A program made the position numbers and the translations under genes. Positions 28,237 to 37,282 of a stretch of DNA of 54,578 nt are shown piece by piece. The notes under the pieces were generated by a model. It searched no databases. It worked only from the letters and a program-made list of their open reading frames with translations, and was not told the origin of the DNA. Position 1 is the first letter of the stretch; each line of letters begins with the position of its first letter. The DNA is from an uncultured bacterium (lineage in GTDB: Bacteria > Chlamydiota > Chlamydiia > Chlamydiales > SM23-39): NCBI GenBank assembly GCA_965370365.1, contig CBDUSP010000002.1, positions 1-54,578 of the forward strand, written 5' to 3'.

Positions 28237-28605
28237 ATGAAGAAAAAAGCAAAGAAAAAAGCCGTTAAGAAAAAGGCTGTAAAGAGAAAAGTTGTTAAGA
28301 AAAAAGTCGTAAAGAAAAAAGTTGTTAAGAAAAAAGCCAAGAGATCAGGAACTAGAAAGGCATCAGGTCTTACAAAAATTACTTACGCCATTACCCCCGA
28401 ACTTACAGAGATCGTTGGAAAAGGGCCACATACACGTCCTCAGATCGTGAAAAAATTATGGGTCTATATTAAAGCGAAGAAGTGCCAAGATACAAAAAAT
28501 CGACGCATGATTAATCCCGACGATAAATTGTCAAAAGTAATCGGGAAAAAGCCTGTTGACATGTTGAAGCTCGCAACGCATATCAGCAAGCACATCAAAA
28601 AATAA
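28237..28605 (+). CDS. SWIB/MDM2-domain protein with a lysine-rich histone-H1-like N-terminal tail
   Basis: The tail is MKKKAKKKAVKKKAVKRKVVKKKVVKKKVVKKKAKR. The SWIB core follows: ITPELTEIVGKGPHTRPQIVKKLWVYIKAKKCQDTKNRRMINPDDKLSKVIG. GAAGGAA lies 6 nt upstream of the ATG at 28237. The track start at 28099 (TTG) adds 46 non-conserved residues. Confidence 0.8.
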   Translation: MKKKAKKKAVKKKAVKRKVVKKKVVKKKVVKKKAKRSGTRKASGLTKITYAITPELTEIVGKGPHTRPQIVKKLWVYIKAKKCQDTKNRRMINPDDKLSKVIGKKPVDMLKLATHISKHIKK

Positions 28606-28619
28606 TTTTACTTTTCTTG

Positions 28620-28653
28620 AAGGGCCCCTTAATCAAGAGGCCCTTATTTTTAT
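28620..28653 (+). terminator. Rho-independent terminator after the SWIB gene
   Basis: Stem AAGGGCC / GGCCCTT with a 12-nt loop, followed by ATTTTTAT. Confidence 0.6.
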
Positions 28654-28851
28654 CAAAAACTCCCGATTATTTCACTCTTGTTTCTATAGAGGAGTCCCCC
28701 TATACAAAAATCATATTAATAAAATCTTTCGTACAAAGAAGAGCAAAATAAGGGTAGCGCTAAAGCATTTGCAATTGATATCATCTGTCCAATTCTGAGA
28801 AAACCCGGAAGACACCCCGGATAGGGTCAAAAAATTTGAAGGGAGAGAACA

Positions 28852-30150
28852 TTGCTATTTTTCAACAGGAACAAGCCAAAAGAAGCCCGATCAAAATATC
28901 GCTGGATCATTGCCGGTCTCATCTTTTTCATTACTCTTGTTAACTTTATAGATAGGTCAGCGATCTCCTTTATCATCGAGCCTCTTAAACAAGAGTTTCA
29001 CCTTACAGATACTGAATTCGGAATGATCCTTTCTGCCTTTGGGGTGGGTTATTTTCTTCTTACAGTGATCGGAGGCTTTCTTGTCGATAAACTAGGCCCG
29101 CGCTTGATTTGGCCCATTGCTGCTGTTTGCTGGTCCCTATGTGTTTGTTTCCTTGGGTTTGCTGTTGGGTTTTGGAGCTTTATTGGGATTCGCTTTCTCC
29201 TTGGTGTCGCAGAGGGCCCTCATTTCCCCGCAATGTCTCGATCCATCAGTAACTGGCTATCCCCATCGGAAAGGGCACGTGCGCTCTCTTTGGGGCTTGT
29301 TGCAATCCCCGTCTCATCTGTTATTGGGGCTCCGATTATCTCATATCTTGTCGCAGACTATGGCTGGAGACCGATGTTCTTTATCATCAGCTCTCTCGGA
29401 ATTATTTGGGCCCTTGTTTGGTATTGGTTATTTAGAGACAAACCAGAAGACTCCGCCTATGTAAATAAAGCAGAAAGAGAGTATATCGCCACCCCATCTT
29501 CGAATGGTGAGGAGCATCAAGAAATTTCTAAACCTTGGCGATTTATCTTAACGCATCCTGTCTTGATCGCAAATAACATCGCTTACTTTGCCTTTGGTTA
29601 TATGTTGTTTTTTGCCACCTTGTGGCTCCCGGGATACTTTTCGTCTCAATATGGCCTAACCCTAAAGGCCGTCGGTTGGTATCTCACAATCCCATGGCTT
29701 GCAGGAACTGTTTTCTTAAAAGCCGGAGGGATCCTCTCCGATTATCTCTACAAAAAAACAGGAAGACATCGGGTGGCTCGATCCCATTTGATCTGGGGAA
29801 GCCAACTCTTAGCTGCGATTTCGTTTCTCATCTTGAGCTTTACAAACTCCCTCCCCCTCTCCATCCTTTTCCTTAGCTTAGGTCTTGGATTCGGCCTGAT
29901 GCCACAGTCCATTTTCTTCAGTGTGAATATCGATGTTGCAAAGAATTCTGTTGGATCCGCGCAAGGGGTCACCTCTGGCTGCCTCTCGCTTGCGGGCATT
30001 ATTGCTCCGGCTATGACCGGGTGGCTCATCGATATGACAGGGAACTTTCAAGGAGCGTTTCTCCTTCTTGCAGGTCTCACAGGCATTTCCGTAGTGACTG
30101 TGCTCCTCTTCCACCATCCCGATCGCAAGTGGTCTCCTCGCGCAGCCTAG
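28852..30150 (+). CDS. MFS transporter (anion:cation symporter / hexuronate-type)
   Basis: About 12 TM segments. The sequence has FITLVNFIDRSAISFIIEPLKQEF and GIRFLLGVAEGPHFPAM, typical of the ACS subfamily. The start is TTG. Confidence 0.75.
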   Translation: MLFFNRNKPKEARSKYRWIIAGLIFFITLVNFIDRSAISFIIEPLKQEFHLTDTEFGMILSAFGVGYFLLTVIGGFLVDKLGPRLIWPIAAVCWSLCVCFLGFAVGFWSFIGIRFLLGVAEGPHFPAMSRSISNWLSPSERARALSLGLVAIPVSSVIGAPIISYLVADYGWRPMFFIISSLGIIWALVWYWLFRDKPEDSAYVNKAEREYIATPSSNGEEHQEISKPWRFILTHPVLIANNIAYFAFGYMLFFATLWLPGYFSSQYGLTLKAVGWYLTIPWLAGTVFLKAGGILSDYLYKKTGRHRVARSHLIWGSQLLAAISFLILSFTNSLPLSILFLSLGLGFGLMPQSIFFSVNIDVAKNSVGSAQGVTSGCLSLAGIIAPAMTGWLIDMTGNFQGAFLLLAGLTGISVVTVLLFHHPDRKWSPRAA

Positions 30151-30200
30151 GTAGTGTCGTCAAAATCGACGAACCCTGCGTTTGATGACACACCACCTAG
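30147..30200 (+). terminator. Imperfect hairpin after the MFS gene (weak terminator candidate)
   Basis: CTAGGTAGTGTCGTCAAA pairs with TTTGATGACACACCACCTAG as 11 bp plus 6 bp with an internal bulge. No T-tract follows. Confidence 0.3.
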
Positions 30201-30266
30201 CATCTTAATTCTCCATGAGCTATACGAAAAAAAAGGGCTTATACCCAACAACGTGGAGAATTTTTT

Positions 30267-30404
30267 ATGCACCAATTTCTTGGACCAGTCATTTCAATTA
30301 TAGCGGGTATTCTCGTGTTAATTTACCCAAAGATATTAAACTACGTCGTAGCGGTCTATCTGATCGTATTTGGCGTTGTGGAGCTCTTCGCTAAATTCCA
30401 GTAA
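30267..30404 (+). CDS. 45-aa two-TM membrane peptide (DUF3096-like)
   Basis: This gene is not in the ORF track. Hand translation gives MHQFLGPVISIIAGILVLIYPKILNYVVAVYLIVFGVVELFAKFQ. GGAGAA lies 6 nt upstream of the ATG. Confidence 0.5.
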   Translation: MHQFLGPVISIIAGILVLIYPKILNYVVAVYLIVFGVVELFAKFQ

Positions 30405-30450
30405 GAGTGGTTTACGAAAGGAACCTCTTTGTGATACACTTCGCTAGATT

Positions 30451-31497
30451 ATGATCTGGCCGATATATAGTTTCTTCGTTTTTCTCATGAGCATCTGGCA
30501 TCCGCAAGAAGCCTCCGCCATGAGTAAAAAGACACATGCGCTTCCTTTTAAGAACGAAGCGATTGGTGTTCAAACCTTTAAGTATGAAGATGAGACGAGA
30601 AATCGTCCCGTTCTTGTTGAGCTTTGGTATCCAACAGATGAAGGAGTTGCCTCTCATCAGGTGGAAGAAGATGTTTGGGTTCACCCGAAAGAAGCAAGAG
30701 ACGTCGCCCTATCCTCCAAAATATCCTCTTATCCCCTGATCTTAATGTCTCATGGGATGCGTGGCGAGCGAAGAGAAAGAACGTGGCTCGCTGACGCGCT
30801 CGCACGCCAAGGCTACTTGGTAGCCTCAGTCGAGCATTATGGAGACACCTGGCGCAAGTACGACCCTCTGATGAGCTTTAAATTCTGGGAAAGAGCAAAA
30901 GACATCTCTTTTTCTCTCTCTCGTCTTCTTGAAAACCCGAATCTAAAAAGCCGCATCGACACAAACCGCATTGGGTTTGTTGGCTACTCCATGGGCGGAA
31001 TGACAGGACTTGCCTTAGCTGGCGCGCAAGCAAAGTATGCCCAAGCAATTGCTAAAGTGCAGTATGAGCAAACAAAAGAGATCTCTTTAGAGGAGTTTAA
31101 TGGGCTTGATTTTTCTGAGGCAGAAAAAAACTATCAAGAACCTAGAATCCACTCGATTTTGCTGATTTGCCCTGCAACATTTGCCTATCTCCCCGAAGCG
31201 CTTAAAAGTGTTAAAACCCCGATCGGAATGATCGCCTCTCTAGATGATGAGATCCTTCCACACGCTGATCATGCTGCAAAAATCATGGAGCATGCACCGC
31301 CGCGAAAGACAAAGCTCATGAAAAACAAGACATCTCACTATGCCTTTCTAAACAAAATGACAAAGAAAGGGTGTGAAGTTCTCCAAAAAGGGGTTAAAGA
31401 TCCCATAGATTGGCAACCCGTTCATCAAGAAACAACAGACTTCACCATCCAATACTTTGAAGACACGCTTCCTGCTAAAAAAGCGCAGAACAAGTAA
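30451..31497 (+). CDS. Secreted alpha/beta hydrolase (PAF-acetylhydrolase / lipase-like)
   Basis: The N-terminus is signal-like and ends in EASA. The nucleophile elbow is FVGYSMGGMTG, with the block LILMSHGMRGERRERTWLADALARQGYLVASVEH. Confidence 0.6.
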   Translation: MIWPIYSFFVFLMSIWHPQEASAMSKKTHALPFKNEAIGVQTFKYEDETRNRPVLVELWYPTDEGVASHQVEEDVWVHPKEARDVALSSKISSYPLILMSHGMRGERRERTWLADALARQGYLVASVEHYGDTWRKYDPLMSFKFWERAKDISFSLSRLLENPNLKSRIDTNRIGFVGYSMGGMTGLALAGAQAKYAQAIAKVQYEQTKEISLEEFNGLDFSEAEKNYQEPRIHSILLICPATFAYLPEALKSVKTPIGMIASLDDEILPHADHAAKIMEHAPPRKTKLMKNKTSHYAFLNKMTKKGCEVLQKGVKDPIDWQPVHQETTDFTIQYFEDTLPAKKAQNK

Positions 31498-31543
31498 TAC
31501 TGGCAGGTTTTTAACATCGCCCAAATCATTGCTGCTTTCGTCG

Positions 31544-31558
31544 TTGTTCAGTGTCTCC
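31544..31558 (+). repeat. Solo terminal repeat of the MITE family, with its terminus facing the downstream ORF
   Basis: TTGTTCAGTGTCTCC followed by TTTAC. This is the same end and flank as the 161-bp elements. Confidence 0.55.
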
Positions 31559-31697
31559 TTTACCTTTGACATCCAAAGGTTTTACTGGAAAAGGCGGTTC
31601 AGAAAAAAGGTCTGGAGCACCCGGGGACTTAGAAAAATGAATAGACTTATAGTACTCGTAAAAAACAGCCACTTTTAACTTAAAAAGGATTTATACC

Positions 31698-32912
31698 ATG
31701 ACTACAGTTATGCCATTAAAGCCAGTCAATCATAACTCCGCACCACAGGATCAGTGTTACATGTGTCGGGAGAATTTCCAGACGGATAATAGTAAACTGG
31801 AAGGGATTCTCTCCCATTCCCATCCTGACCCTGTTCAGCCAAATATCCATCCTCTCCATGCAGTCTGTGCTCAGGGGCTCTTTACCAATAAAAGCAACGC
31901 ACTGATTGCGCAGATAAGGACGAAGTCGCTAGATTTTGGAATCCATAATCCTTGGCCCGATTTTGACAACACAGTCACTTGTGGGATATGCAAAGTCCCA
32001 ATCTCTCTCCCTCCCTCCCTCACCTCCTCAAGCTCTTCATCTCAAGAAAACAGATGGTCAGTAGGTGCAAAAGTTTTGGGGAAGTTAATCACTGCAGTAT
32101 CGTCGCAAGCCATGATTGGTCCCCTCGTGGACGCGTTGTGCCAGGAAGTCGTAGTAAAGCGCTTTAACGTAGACCCCTCCGTTAAGAATAGTCCTCTTCT
32201 TACGGCTGTGAAGATAGCCGGTCGTATGCTTATGTATTCTTTTGTTACTTCGGGATTTCTTAGAAACACAGTCAATGATTACATGCGGCTCACCTCTTCT
32301 CCGGAGCAAGCGAACAGCATATTAGAACGATTGACCCGCTGGAAATGGTCGCTGCCTGTGACATTAGCCAGCTTAGCAGCTGCGAAAGTGGTGGTGAGTT
32401 ACGGTCTTATTCATAATTCTCAGGCAGCCAAACTAGACAACGATTTTCTTAAGGAATTGTTTGTAGGAGTAATGGGTTGGGGGCCTTTGTTGCTTGAATG
32501 GCAGATGAACATCCGCAGTCCATTCAACGAATTCTATCACGAATTTATAAATGATTTTCCGAACCCTTTATATAAAGATCAGCTCACAAGATTCATGCTC
32601 TCTATTACTTCGGATAGCTTTGAAGAACTTGCAAAAGATATATCTCAAAAAAAATCACACAGATTAGAGGAATACAAGTACCAACTCGAATGTATTCTTG
32701 AGGCTTCGGAGATGTTTCGGCCATACGTGAGGCATCTGGCGGACGATGAAAGAGGTGTTCCGACCGACGATGTGATGAAGCTGCTGAAAGAAATTTTTAT
32801 AGCGAACTGGAACAGTATTTGCCAGAAGGCATTTGAAACGCAAGAACTGGACTTTACAGAGGAGATTATCAAGCATTTGCAACCAACGGCACAAGCAGCT
32901 GCTGCTACTTGA
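31698..32912 (+). CDS. Hypothetical protein with an N-terminal Cys/His-rich (cross-brace zinc-finger-like) module
   Basis: 404 aa. The ligand pattern is C20-x2-C23...H40-x-H42...H51-x2-H54-x2-C57...C95-x2-C98. A poly-Ser linker (SLTSSSSSSQ) and hydrophobic segments follow. No confident family assignment. Confidence 0.5.
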   Translation: MTTVMPLKPVNHNSAPQDQCYMCRENFQTDNSKLEGILSHSHPDPVQPNIHPLHAVCAQGLFTNKSNALIAQIRTKSLDFGIHNPWPDFDNTVTCGICKVPISLPPSLTSSSSSSQENRWSVGAKVLGKLITAVSSQAMIGPLVDALCQEVVVKRFNVDPSVKNSPLLTAVKIAGRMLMYSFVTSGFLRNTVNDYMRLTSSPEQANSILERLTRWKWSLPVTLASLAAAKVVVSYGLIHNSQAAKLDNDFLKELFVGVMGWGPLLLEWQMNIRSPFNEFYHEFINDFPNPLYKDQLTRFMLSITSDSFEELAKDISQKKSHRLEEYKYQLECILEASEMFRPYVRHLADDERGVPTDDVMKLLKEIFIANWNSICQKAFETQELDFTEEIIKHLQPTAQAAAAT

Positions 32913-32936
32913 GAGACACTGAACAATTGCTTTGCC
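32911..32936 (-). repeat. Solo terminal repeat of the MITE family, inverted relative to 31544..31558
   Basis: GAGAGACACTGAACAATTGCTTTGCC is the reverse complement of the GGCAAAGCA...CAGTGTCTC end. It overlaps the TGA stop of the upstream ORF by 2 nt. Confidence 0.6.
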
Positions 32937-32972
32937 CCCTAACTCCAAGTTTTGAGTTGATTTGGGTATAAC

Positions 32973-34289
32973 TCAGAAAAGATAAGGAATCATCTTGTAG
33001 GGAACTTTCTTACAATATAGATCCCACGACTCCCCATACTTATCCGCACATCTCTTATCATGGCGAAACGCGCGGTCGATAAGAAGAACCGTTAAGAAAC
33101 ATACGTAAAAGTAAGGGAAGAAGTTTGTAAATAGAGCCGGCACGCTCCAGAAAAAAGCCGCACAAATCTCCGGGACATAGTGAAAATGGCGAGAGACTCC
33201 CCACCAGCCAGAGGCAAGTAAAAGGCCTTGCTTCTCCTCACCATCTTGCGTTCGATACACAGTCTCAATAATCTCTGGAGAGGATCCCCACACACGACAT
33301 TTCCCATCACTTGCGCGGACCTTTTGCCTCTGCAGGTCGGCTAAATAGTTGATCAAAATCCCTGTACATCCACAAAAGAAAATCGTAAAGGCCGTAAGCG
33401 TACCCAAAGCAATCGGGTGGTGAACGAGATAAAAGGCAGGAGATGTGTAAATACAAGGTACCCACACAAGACATCCCCAGCAGATCATAAAACCTGCTCG
33501 ATCATGCATAATATCAAGTGAGCGGAAATATCCCGTCTCCCAAACAAAGAACTTCCCAATGTAAATCAGCTGAAGAGCAACGGAAATAATCATCGCGTTA
33601 CTAAGCCCGTAGAGCTCTGATTGCTTGGCTGCAAAAGAGATGATGAGAAGCGGCCAAGCCATCATCCCAAAACGGCAGTTTGTAAACTGCTTCACATCCC
33701 AGCCCAGGATTCTTGGGTACAGCTCAGTGCCCCAGTAGTAATCAAAAAGAACGTTCCCAGAAGAGCCATTATCACTTGACGATGGAGCGAAAATCCCTTT
33801 TAAGTAGAGGATCAAACAAAGCAAAAGACTAAAGCAATTCAAAGCGCCAAGCAAATACCCTAGCTCATCATAGAGAAGAGAGGCTGAAAAAAGGTTAAGT
33901 CCGTAGGTGGCGATAAAAAATGTAGCAACTGTAATGAAAAAGCACGCTACACCATTTGCCTTATAAACAGGAACATTCCCCATCAGAGTCACGGGCCCTA
34001 AAAAAGTCTTTCCAGGAATCATGCGCATCAAAAACAATTGAAACGCGCCATATACAAAAATAATCTTCCAGGCAGTTATAGAGCCAAAGAAAACAGGCTT
34101 CCAAATACTCCAAATTAAACTAAATAGCCCCTGCTCTGCCGCCATGTGCCAAAACGCCATGAATGACCCGTCCAAATGGGATCCCACATACCAAAATATA
34201 AAAACCGTGGGAGGACAACACCCGAGAAAAAAAAGAGGAACCACATAATTATGGATCCAACGATTTGAACGAAAGGTTTCCGCAGACAC
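32973..34289 (-). CDS. ERG4/ERG24-family sterol reductase (7-dehydrocholesterol / delta-14 reductase-like)
   Basis: The protein is polytopic. The C-terminal signature is LLASGWWGVSRHFHYVPEICAAFFWSVP...LLIDRAFRHDKRCADKYGESWDLYCKKVPYKMIPYLF. The GTG at 34289, with GAGGA 7 nt upstream, overlaps the alr TAG stop by 1 nt. An alternative ATG lies at 34340. Confidence 0.85.
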   Translation of the reverse strand: MSAETFRSNRWIHNYVVPLFFLGCCPPTVFIFWYVGSHLDGSFMAFWHMAAEQGLFSLIWSIWKPVFFGSITAWKIIFVYGAFQLFLMRMIPGKTFLGPVTLMGNVPVYKANGVACFFITVATFFIATYGLNLFSASLLYDELGYLLGALNCFSLLLCLILYLKGIFAPSSSDNGSSGNVLFDYYWGTELYPRILGWDVKQFTNCRFGMMAWPLLIISFAAKQSELYGLSNAMIISVALQLIYIGKFFVWETGYFRSLDIMHDRAGFMICWGCLVWVPCIYTSPAFYLVHHPIALGTLTAFTIFFCGCTGILINYLADLQRQKVRASDGKCRVWGSSPEIIETVYRTQDGEEKQGLLLASGWWGVSRHFHYVPEICAAFFWSVPALFTNFFPYFYVCFLTVLLIDRAFRHDKRCADKYGESWDLYCKKVPYKMIPYLF

Positions 34290-35422
34290 TAAACATCCTC
34301 TTTTGTATATATGCGTGACTGTCGACCTTTTAAAGAGCAAAGCAATTCATGGGGAATTATTCCAGCTCTTGATGCCACCTCATTAAGGCGAATCTGCCGG
34401 TTCCCCTGCTTTCCGATCAACGTCACTTGATCGCCAACATACACATCGCTACTTCCCACATCAACCATAAATTGATCCATGCAAATAATTCCAGAAATTT
34501 TATATTCACACCCTCGGATTAATACAGATCCCTTATTCGACAATGCACGGGGGTATCCATCCGCATATCCAATAGGAACTGTCACAACCCGCGATCGCCT
34601 TGCTGTCTTGTAATTTTGACCATAGCCAATCGCACTCCCTTCTTCGACTACCTTGAAATAGGAAACCTTTGATTTTAGTGAAAAGCATGGAGCGATTTCC
34701 CCCAGAGGGTCCTCCGACCCATCCGGGAAGTACCCATAACAGAGAATCCCCGGTCTCACCATATCGAAAAGAGACTCTGGATAAAAAAGCACTCCCCCTG
34801 AATTTGCAAGGTGCCAAATAAGAGAGCTCCCTCGAAAATGCTCTTGAAGGGATCGAAACTTCCGGATCTGCACATGTGTAAAGAGATCATTCTCTCTATC
34901 CGATGATCCCAAGTGAGAATAAACACCGACAAATTGAAACAATTTTTGGCTAGCGATCCAAGGAATCAGTTTGAATGCAGATTCCACACGAACTCCAGTT
35001 CGATTCATCCCCGTATCCACCTCCAAATGGACGCGGCATTTCTTTCTAAGCCGAGAGCACGCGGACAAAACCAACTCCGCCTTGTATCTGGAGCTAAGTG
35101 TGATTTCAAGATCATTTTGAATCAAAGCATCGATCTGATCCTCATGAATAGCGCCCAAAACAAGGATTGGAATCGTGATTCCAAAGGCGCGCAAAGCAAC
35201 TCCCTCCTTTAGACAAGCAACAGCCAGGCGATCTACCCCTTCGTCTTGAGCCACCCGGCTCATCTCACAAAGCCCATGCCCATAGGCATCCCCTTTCACA
35301 CAGAGACAAAAGATTTTTTCACCAATCCTATGACGGACGGACTGAATATTTTTTTTAAACTGATTTAAATCAACCTCAATCCAGGAGGGATGAGGAACCT
35401 CTTTCTCGAGAACAACAGTCAT
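34289..35422 (-). CDS. alr: Alanine racemase
   Basis: The PLP-lysine block is FCLCVKGDAYGHGL, with VDTGMNRTGV and the C-terminal GYADGYPRALSNKGSVLIRG...ICMDQFMVDV. Confidence 0.9.
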   Translation of the reverse strand: MTVVLEKEVPHPSWIEVDLNQFKKNIQSVRHRIGEKIFCLCVKGDAYGHGLCEMSRVAQDEGVDRLAVACLKEGVALRAFGITIPILVLGAIHEDQIDALIQNDLEITLSSRYKAELVLSACSRLRKKCRVHLEVDTGMNRTGVRVESAFKLIPWIASQKLFQFVGVYSHLGSSDRENDLFTHVQIRKFRSLQEHFRGSSLIWHLANSGGVLFYPESLFDMVRPGILCYGYFPDGSEDPLGEIAPCFSLKSKVSYFKVVEEGSAIGYGQNYKTARRSRVVTVPIGYADGYPRALSNKGSVLIRGCEYKISGIICMDQFMVDVGSSDVYVGDQVTLIGKQGNRQIRLNEVASRAGIIPHELLCSLKGRQSRIYTKEDV

Positions 35423-35648
35423 AGGGTCAACATGTTATCAATCCTTGATTTTTAAGTCACTTCTCAGATAAAATCGTGCCATGAACCTGTCCCATTGTTC
35501 GGGCCTTGGACAAAAGAGATCGATTTTTAAGAGATTTTCGATTTTTTTTCTGCCCACATATGCGAAGCCCCATAGAGGGCAGAAAAAGAATCTAAAGGTC
35601 TGAAAATCAGATTTTTTGGACAGGCACCAATAATGGGATAGGTTCAAT

Positions 35649-36110
35649 ATGGGTAATCCTTTTCAAATCTGGATTGACCGGCTAAAAAGCGGCCAAAGCC
35701 AAACAATTAATGAGTCCCTCCCCCCAGATTTTCTGGATCTGGAAAGAGAGGAAGAGTTGCGAACCGAAACTCCGGTACTCGTAAAGGGAAAGGCCTACCT
35801 AACAGACAGTGAGCTGATTCTCCATTTAGATGCATCGACAAAGGTTATGATGCCTTGCGCTGTTTGCAATAAAATGACGCAGATTGAGCTTGCAATAGAG
35901 AATTTTTACCATACACACCCCCTTGAAGAAATTCCGAGTGGGACATACGACTTTAGAACCCCTTTGAGGGAGGCTTTAATAATTGAGCTACCCAAGTATG
36001 TTGAATGCAACAAAGGGAAGTGTCCATCAAGGAAAGAGATTGACCCTTATTTAAAGGGAAAGAGTAAGGATGACAATATCCACTTTCCATTTTCCAATTT
36101 AGAATCATAG
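35649..36110 (+). CDS. yceD: YceD/DUF177 family protein (23S rRNA accumulation protein)
   Basis: It lies immediately upstream of rpmF, which is the conserved context. Cys motifs are CAVCNKM and ECNKGKCP. Confidence 0.7.
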   Translation: MGNPFQIWIDRLKSGQSQTINESLPPDFLDLEREEELRTETPVLVKGKAYLTDSELILHLDASTKVMMPCAVCNKMTQIELAIENFYHTHPLEEIPSGTYDFRTPLREALIIELPKYVECNKGKCPSRKEIDPYLKGKSKDDNIHFPFSNLES

Positions 36111-36119
36111 GAGATTCCA

Positions 36120-36299
36120 ATGGCAGTACCACGCAACCGCGTTTCAAATGCAAAGAAAAACTCACGCAGAGCGCACCACGCAAAAACACCGAAAAACCTT
36201 TGTGCATGTCCAAATTGTGGAAAGCACCGGCTTCCCCACAGAATATGTCCTTCTTGTGGGCAGTACAAGGGGCAGGTAGTTGAGCAAAGCGCGAAGTAA
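36120..36299 (+). CDS. rpmF: 50S ribosomal protein L32
   Basis: This gene is not in the ORF track. Hand translation gives MAVPRNRVSNAKKNSRRAHHAKTPKNLCACPNCGKHRLPHRICPSCGQYKGQVVEQSAK. Confidence 0.95.
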   Translation: MAVPRNRVSNAKKNSRRAHHAKTPKNLCACPNCGKHRLPHRICPSCGQYKGQVVEQSAK

Positions 36300-37275
36300 A
36301 CCTTTTCGGATTGGCATTGACTTGATGGGGAACAGCCTTTCCCCGTCTATCTTGCTGGAGGCCCTTCTTTCCATCCCAAAACAGGACGATGTTGAATTAG
36401 CTCCGATTGGGACTCCGGACCTTGAAAGCAAATGTCCATCTCCGTTCTATAGCAGCGATGACTTCATCACAATGGAGGAGTCTCCCGTTCGGGCTTTGAA
36501 ACAGAAGAAAAATGCGTCAATGCTCTTGGGTTTGCGCCTTCTAAAGCAAGGAGAAATCGACGCCTTTATCTCTGCGGGGAGCACGCCTGCGCTTATTCTT
36601 GGAGCGAAAACGATTCTCTCTTTTTTGCCGGGAATTAAAAGACCAGCCCTCTTTTCATATTTCCCGACAAAGAAAAATCCAGTGGCTGTCTTAGACCTCG
36701 GGGCGAACGTGCAATGTAAAGCGCTCAATCTTGTACAATTTGCGCACATGGCATCGGCTTATCTTCACGTAAATGGACTTGAAAACCCCAGAGTTGGCCT
36801 CCTCAATATTGGAGAAGAACCTCTAAAGGGAACCTCGGAACTTAAAAGTGCCTACCAAGCGCTTAAGACCATGGAAAATCCTTCCTTTCAATTCTCAGGA
36901 AATATCGAGGGGAAATCTGTTTTTGATGGGAATGTCGATGCCTTAATTACCGATGGATTTACGGGAAATATCCTCTTAAAAACAGCAGAAGGAATCGCCA
37001 GTCTCATTCTCGATAAAATAAGCGCGAATCTCGACGAAAAAACCCGATCGCTTCTTGGATCCGAGATCTCTGACTTACAAAAACACTTGCACTACGCAGA
37101 GTATCCAGGAGCTCTGCTGCTTGGAGTCCGTGGCATTGTGATCAAAAGCCATGGTTACTCCTCCCCCAAAGCCTTTATCAATGCGGTGCACGGGGCAATC
37201 GCGCTTGTCAAAAAAGATTTCTTGAAATCCTTCAGCCAAGCTCTTAGAAATATACATACAGAACTGAAAACATGA
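36280..37275 (+). CDS. plsX: Phosphate acyltransferase PlsX
   Basis: Motifs are FRIGIDLMGN, DAFISAGSTPALI, VLDLGANV and TDGFTGNILLKTAEG. The TTG start at 36280 overlaps rpmF by 20 nt, and the start is uncertain. Confidence 0.85.
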   Translation: MSKARSKPFRIGIDLMGNSLSPSILLEALLSIPKQDDVELAPIGTPDLESKCPSPFYSSDDFITMEESPVRALKQKKNASMLLGLRLLKQGEIDAFISAGSTPALILGAKTILSFLPGIKRPALFSYFPTKKNPVAVLDLGANVQCKALNLVQFAHMASAYLHVNGLENPRVGLLNIGEEPLKGTSELKSAYQALKTMENPSFQFSGNIEGKSVFDGNVDALITDGFTGNILLKTAEGIASLILDKISANLDEKTRSLLGSEISDLQKHLHYAEYPGALLLGVRGIVIKSHGYSSPKAFINAVHGAIALVKKDFLKSFSQALRNIHTELKT

Positions 37276-37282
37276 AAAAACT

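Noticed and set aside
35438-35647. 69-aa minus-strand ORF, plus an 11-bp-stem hairpin (TTTTTCTGCCC at 35545..35555 and GGGCAGAAAAA at 35577..35587) between alr and yceD.
   Set aside because: The ORF has no SD and no recognisable features, and it lies in a divergent promoter region. The hairpin is followed by A-runs rather than a U-tract on either strand and sits between divergent genes, so it is not a credible intrinsic terminator. I did not recognise any known ncRNA family, so it is left unannotated.
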